Source of the DNA: Longimicrobiales bacterium
GTDB taxonomy: Bacteria; Gemmatimonadota; Gemmatimonadetes; Longimicrobiales; Gaopeijiaceae
Length of the DNA: 64,000 nucleotides
Reading direction: 5' to 3'
NCBI GenBank assembly: GCA_965238005.1
Contig: OZ250165.1
Location: 3,456,001-3,520,000 of the forward strand
Part shown: positions 59,653-64,000 of the stretch, one piece after another
Layout of the letters: the number at the start of each line of letters is the position of its first letter
Numbering within the stretch: the stretch's first letter is position 1
Made by a program: the position numbers and the translations under genes
Notes under the pieces: generated by a model
What the model saw: only the letters and a program-made list of their open reading frames with translations
Told to the model about the DNA's origin: nothing
Database searches by the model: none

Positions 59653-60692
59653 GGCACTTCGATGTTGTCCAGGACCCGGGTGACCACGTCCTCGGCCGTG
59701 ACCTCTTCGGCCTCAGCCTCATAGGTGAGGAGCACCCGGTGACGCATCACGTCCAACCCCACCGCCCGAACGTCCTCGGGGGTCACGTAGCCCCGGCGCC
59801 GCAGGAAGGCGTGGGCACGAGCGGCCTTGGCCAGATTGATGGTCGCCCGAGGCGATGCGCCGAAATCGATGAGCTCCACGAGATCGTCCAGGCCGTGGTT
59901 CGCCGGCTCGCGGGTGGCGAAGACCAGATCGACGATGTACCGCTCGACCTGGCTGTCCATATAGATCATCTGGACGGCGCTCCTCGCCCGGAGGATCTCT
60001 TCGGGCGTGATGACGGGAGACACCTCGGGCATGGGCCCTCCGGCCACCCGGCGCAGGATCTCCACCTCTTCGTCCTTGTCCGGGTAGTCGACCGAGACCT
60101 TGAGCATGAAGCGGTCGACCTGGGCCTCGGGCAGGGGATAGGTCCCCTCCTGCTCGATGGGGTTCTGGGTGGCAAGGACGAGGAACGGGTCGTCCAGCGG
60201 GAAGGTGTTCTGTCCGATGGTGACCTGGTGCTCCTGCATCGCCTCCAGCAGGGCCGACTGTACCTTGGCCGGCGACCGGTTGATCTCGTCGGCCAGGATG
60301 ATGTTCGTGAAGATGGGTCCCTTCTTCGTCTGGAATTCCGAGGCCCTGGGATCGTAGATAAGCGTCCCGATGAGGTCCGCCGGCAGCAGGTCGGGCGTGA
60401 ACTGGATGCGTTGGAAGGACGTCTCGATCGCCTTGGCCAGAGTGCTGACCGTAAGGGTCTTGGCGAGTCCGGGAACACCCTCCATGAGCACGTGCCCGTC
60501 GGCCAGCAAGCCGATGAGCAGGCGCTCGACCATATAGCGCTGGCCCACGATCACCCGGGCCACTTCGTCCTGCAGTCGGCTGACGAACGCGCTCTCCTCC
60601 TGGATCTTCGCCTGGATCACTTCGATGTCCGCGTGCATGGCAGGGGCCTGCGGTGCTTCGGTAACGGTCTCCATTGCGTCTCGATCTTCCAT
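59649..60692 (-). CDS. moxR: MoxR family AAA+ ATPase
   Basis: EGVPGLAKT, RIQFTPDLLPAD, ADEINR, ATQNPIEQEGTYPLPEAQ and GASPRA. Confidence 0.95.
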   Translation of the reverse strand: MEDRDAMETVTEAPQAPAMHADIEVIQAKIQEESAFVSRLQDEVARVIVGQRYMVERLLIGLLADGHVLMEGVPGLAKTLTVSTLAKAIETSFQRIQFTPDLLPADLIGTLIYDPRASEFQTKKGPIFTNIILADEINRSPAKVQSALLEAMQEHQVTIGQNTFPLDDPFLVLATQNPIEQEGTYPLPEAQVDRFMLKVSVDYPDKDEEVEILRRVAGGPMPEVSPVITPEEILRARSAVQMIYMDSQVERYIVDLVFATREPANHGLDDLVELIDFGASPRATINLAKAARAHAFLRRRGYVTPEDVRAVGLDVMRHRVLLTYEAEAEEVTAEDVVTRVLDNIEVP

Positions 60693-60912
60693 CGGGCTCG
60701 TCCGGCTGTTTGAAATCGATGCTTCAACAGCCGAGAAATATACCAAACGACGCGCTCAGTGGGACTCCCCGGGGGAGGTAGAGAGGTTCCAGGGAAGGCC
60801 CACGACGCGTATGAGTCTTACAGATGTAAGATCAGGGAAGTTGCCGGGAGGGTTTACTCGGCTCTCGGGGCTCGATTGGCCGGCCGAACTGCGCTGGGAT
60901 CCGGGCCGACTC

Positions 60913-61050
60913 CTACTCCGTCTTCAACGCCCGCACCGGATCCACTCGGCTGGCCCCCCTGGCGGGCACGTAGGGGCACGTAGGCGGCCAGGAGAGCCAC
61001 GCCCGCCAGCGCCAACGGAACCACCGTGAAGGTGAAGGGATGCATGGGGT
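60913..61050 (-). pseudogene. C-terminal scrap of a MacB/ADOP-type permease
   Basis: FTVVPLALAGVALLAAYVP / YVPARGASRVDPVRALKTE*, with a duplicated CCTACGTGCCC. Confidence 0.7.
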
Positions 61051-61259
61051 TAAATGAGGCCACGAAAGGCCACTCACGGAGGACACTACGGGGGGTCGAC
61101 GAAAGTTTCGAGTGGCCGCGACAGGCCAGCCAATCTCCTGGGGCATACACCGGCAACCGCCGGCGGGCGTAAGCCTGGGTCTGCGGCCGGTGGCTCCCGA
61201 TTCCCCTGGGCGCTACACTACGCGAAGCCCTCAGGAACACCCACCGAGCCCCTGGATCC

Positions 61260-62101
61260 GTGCCAGAAGACACCGACCTCAGACCTCCCGTAGACGCCTC
61301 GTCAGCGCGGCATAAGACCTACGAGATCATCTTCGGACACGAGACCTGGGCGGGTCGCGCCTTCGATGTGCTCCTGATGGTAGCCATCCTGGCGAGTGTG
61401 GCCGTGATCATGCTGGAGAGCGTGGCATCGATCCGTGCCGAGCACGGCCGGCTACTGCGGGGAGCGGAGTGGTTCTTTACCGCGCTCTTCACGGTGGAGT
61501 ACGTGACCCGCCTCTGGTGCGTGGGCCGACCCGGCGTGTACGCCCGGAGCTTCCTCGGAATCATTGACCTCCTGGCGGTGCTTCCCACCTACATCTCCTT
61601 GCTATTCCCGGCGGACAGGTCATCACGGTGGTTCGCATCCTTCGAGTGCTCCGGGTCTTCCGCATCCTCAAGCTGGCCCGGTACGTCGGGGAGGCCCGCG
61701 TCTTGGGCCAGGCCCTGAGGGCGAGCCGCTACAAGATCACGATCTTCGTGATCACGGTGGTGAGCATCACCGTGATCGTTGGATCGCTCATGTATCTGGT
61801 GGAGGGCCCGCCCTCGGGGTTTACCAGCATCCCTCGGAGCGTCTACTGGGCGATCGTGACCCTGACGACCGTCGGGTTCGGCGACATCACGCCGCAGACG
61901 CCCCTGGGCCAGGCTCTCGCGAGCATCGTGATGATCATGGGCTACGGGATCATCGCCGTGCCCACGGGCATCCTGACCGCCGAGTTCGTGGAGACGGCCC
62001 GAGCCCAGCGGGGAGCCCAGTGCCCCGAGTGCGGGCGGAGGGGCAACGATGGGGACGCGAGCTACTGCAAGTGGTGCGGTGGAACGCTGGCGAGCACCTG
62101 A
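61260..62101 (+). CDS. Voltage-gated potassium channel (ion transporter), frameshift at ~61610
   Basis: FTVEY..RL, IIDLLA, S4 [14 protein letters not shown] and TLTTVGFGD filter, split over two frames. Confidence 0.85.
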
Positions 62102-62145
62102 CCAACACACACTGACCTAGACCTCACACAAGGAAAGGACGGACC

Positions 62146-63293
62146 ATGACCGGGTCGTTCGACATGGCGACGATTCAAAGGGGAGCACGGCTTCGGAGGT
62201 CGCCCTACTTCAACGCGACTCTGAGACAGGGCTGCCAGGCGTATACCGTCTACAACCACATGTTTCTTCCGACTCGCTACGACGATCTCGAGGCGGAATA
62301 CTGGAAGCTCCGAAACGGAGTGACGGTGTGGGACGTGAGCGTCGAGCGGCAAACCGAGATCACTGGCCCGGACGGCTTCGCCTTCACGAACCTGCTCACG
62401 CCCCGCGACCTGACGAAGTGCGAGGTAGGCCAGGGCAAGTACGTGGTCATCACGGCGGAGGACGGAGGGATCGTGAACGACCCGGTCCTGCTGCGCCTGG
62501 CGGAGAACCACTTCTGGCTCGCCGCGGCGGACAGCGACCTCCTGTTGTGGCCAAGGGCGTCGCCTACAACTCAGGCATGGACGTGGAGATCCGGGAGCCG
62601 GATGTGTCACCCATGCAGGTCCAGGGGCCCAAGTCGAAGGACGTGGTCCAGGCGCTTTTCGGAGACGAGGTCCTCGGCCTCAAGTACTACTACTTCCTCG
62701 AGACCGAGCTCGACGGGATGCCCGTGGTCGTCACGCGCACAGGGTGGAGCGGCGAAGTGGGATACGAGATCTACCTCAGAGACGGAAGCCGGGGAGAGGA
62801 GCTCTGGGACCGGGTCATGAGCGCGGGCGAGCCATACGACATCGCCGCCACCGGTCCCTCGGACATCCGCAGGATAGAGGCGGGCATCCTCAACTACGGC
62901 ATCGACATGACGCTGGACACCAACCCCTACGAAGTAGGCCTGGACTGGCTCGTGGACCTGGAGCAGGAAGCCGACTTCGTTGGTAAGGCCGCGCTCCCCG
63001 AGATCATGATGCGCGGCGTGGACAGGAAGCTGGTGGGTGTGGAGATCTCCGGCGAGCCCCTGGACCTGAACATGACCGCCTGGGAGGTGACTTACGATGG
63101 CGATTACGCCGGGGAGATCACCTCGGCCGTCTACTCACCCCGGCTGGAAAAGAACATCGGGTACGCCATGCTGTCCTTGGAGCTCACCCAGGAGGGCACG
63201 ACCGTGACGGTAGACGGGCCTTCGGGCGAGGTGGGGGCCGCGGTGGTGCCCAAGCCGTTCGTGGATCCTACGAAGGAGATTCCCAAGTCGTAG
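62146..63293 (+). CDS. GcvT-family aminomethyltransferase, DmdA-like; frameshift at ~62550
   Basis: RLRRSPY, YTVYNHMFLP, WDVSVERQ, NDPVLLRL, VQGPKS, RTGWSGEVGYEIY, RRIEAG and SPRLEKNIG. Confidence 0.85.
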
Positions 63294-63323
63294 TGGGGGG
63301 GAGCGTTCCGTGTCAGGGGAGCG

Positions 63324-63770
63324 TTGGAGAGGGTGCCCTTCGACAAGGCGGAGTGGACACCACACGAGAAGTCCATGACGCTGGGTCGCCTGGCCGGTCA
63401 CATAGCGGAGATGCCGGGCTGGGGAGCGGCCGTGCTCACGACGGAGGAGTACGACATGAACCCCGTGGACGGTGAAGGCTACCAACCCCCTGAGCCGCAG
63501 TCGCTGGACGACATCCTTTCGACCTTCGATGCCGGCGTGTCCGCCGTGGAGGCCACTCTGCCGGGCATGTCCGACGAGGCACTGGGCGTCCACTGGAGCT
63601 TGAAGTCGGGTGGCGAGGAGATCATGGGTGCTCCCCGAGGTACGTTCCTTCGGGACATGATCACGAGCCACGTCATCCACCATCGTGCGCAGCTCGGCGT
63701 CTACCTCAGGCTCCTAGACGTACCGGTCCCGGGGATGTACGGACCCTCAGCCGACGAACACGAGCAGTAG
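63324..63770 (+). CDS. DinB family protein (N-terminus apparently truncated)
   Basis: LERVP...WTPHEKSMTLGRLAGHIAE and HVIHHRAQLGVYLRL..VPVPGMYGPSADE; no good start codon or RBS. Confidence 0.8.
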   Translation: MERVPFDKAEWTPHEKSMTLGRLAGHIAEMPGWGAAVLTTEEYDMNPVDGEGYQPPEPQSLDDILSTFDAGVSAVEATLPGMSDEALGVHWSLKSGGEEIMGAPRGTFLRDMITSHVIHHRAQLGVYLRLLDVPVPGMYGPSADEHEQ

Positions 63771-64000
63771 TCACGTAGAACCCTCTCCACGGTAGCGACC
63801 GCGCGCACCCAGAGGCGTAGGGCACCCCGTAGTCTCCTTGGTGAGCCAGTAGGTGCCGTCGCTCCTGAGCGCGGCTCCGTCCACATGGACGGGGGCCGCG
63901 TTCCTAGCCGCCCGATGCGCCCCATCGGCGTCCGCCGTAGGATCGGCCACACGGTGCCGAGTTGAGCACTTATTTCCAGCTTCGCACCGGACCGAAGAGG

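Noticed and set aside
61600..62560. Programmed frameshifting in the K+ channel and GcvT-like genes
   Set aside because: No slippery heptamer or stimulatory structure is evident; single-base loss in short C/G runs is better explained by sequencing error or mutation.
1..64000. tRNA, rRNA or T-box elements
   Set aside because: None recognised by eye; the leu and ilv leaders are explained by leader peptides. A covariance-model search was not possible.

Overview
GC-rich bacterial chromosomal window. Gene style suggests Gemmatimonadota, but that is inference. (1) Positions 1-9.6 kb hold a decaying integron gene-cassette array. It has about 11 attC sites or remnants, all on the + strand, and no intI in the window. 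Two attC sites are hit at the same position by an IS110-family element and one by a CTAG-flanked MITE. (2) Positions 10-19 kb carry mixed housekeeping and accessory genes (FmdB, VOC, NmrA, sodium:solute symporter, frameshifted GAF protein, ychF). (3) Convergent leuABCD and ilv operons each have an unannotated leader-peptide attenuator, and the two attenuators are homologous. ilvB and ilvC are collapsed by deletions. (4) A selenocysteine formate dehydrogenase operon and a thioredoxin-fusion + UGSC selenoprotein pair share the same SECIS-like hairpin geometry. (5) Also present are thrA (internally deleted)-thrB-thrC, a SAM-I riboswitch-controlled hom-metX-metB operon between IS91-like debris, a moxR/DUF58/batABCDE cluster, a K+ channel, a DmdA/GcvT-like gene and a DinB gene. 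Many genes show internal deletions or single-base frameshifts, which reflects either genome erosion or assembly error. No rRNA, tRNA or CRISPR was recognised. All product calls come from reading motifs by eye; no database searches were run.
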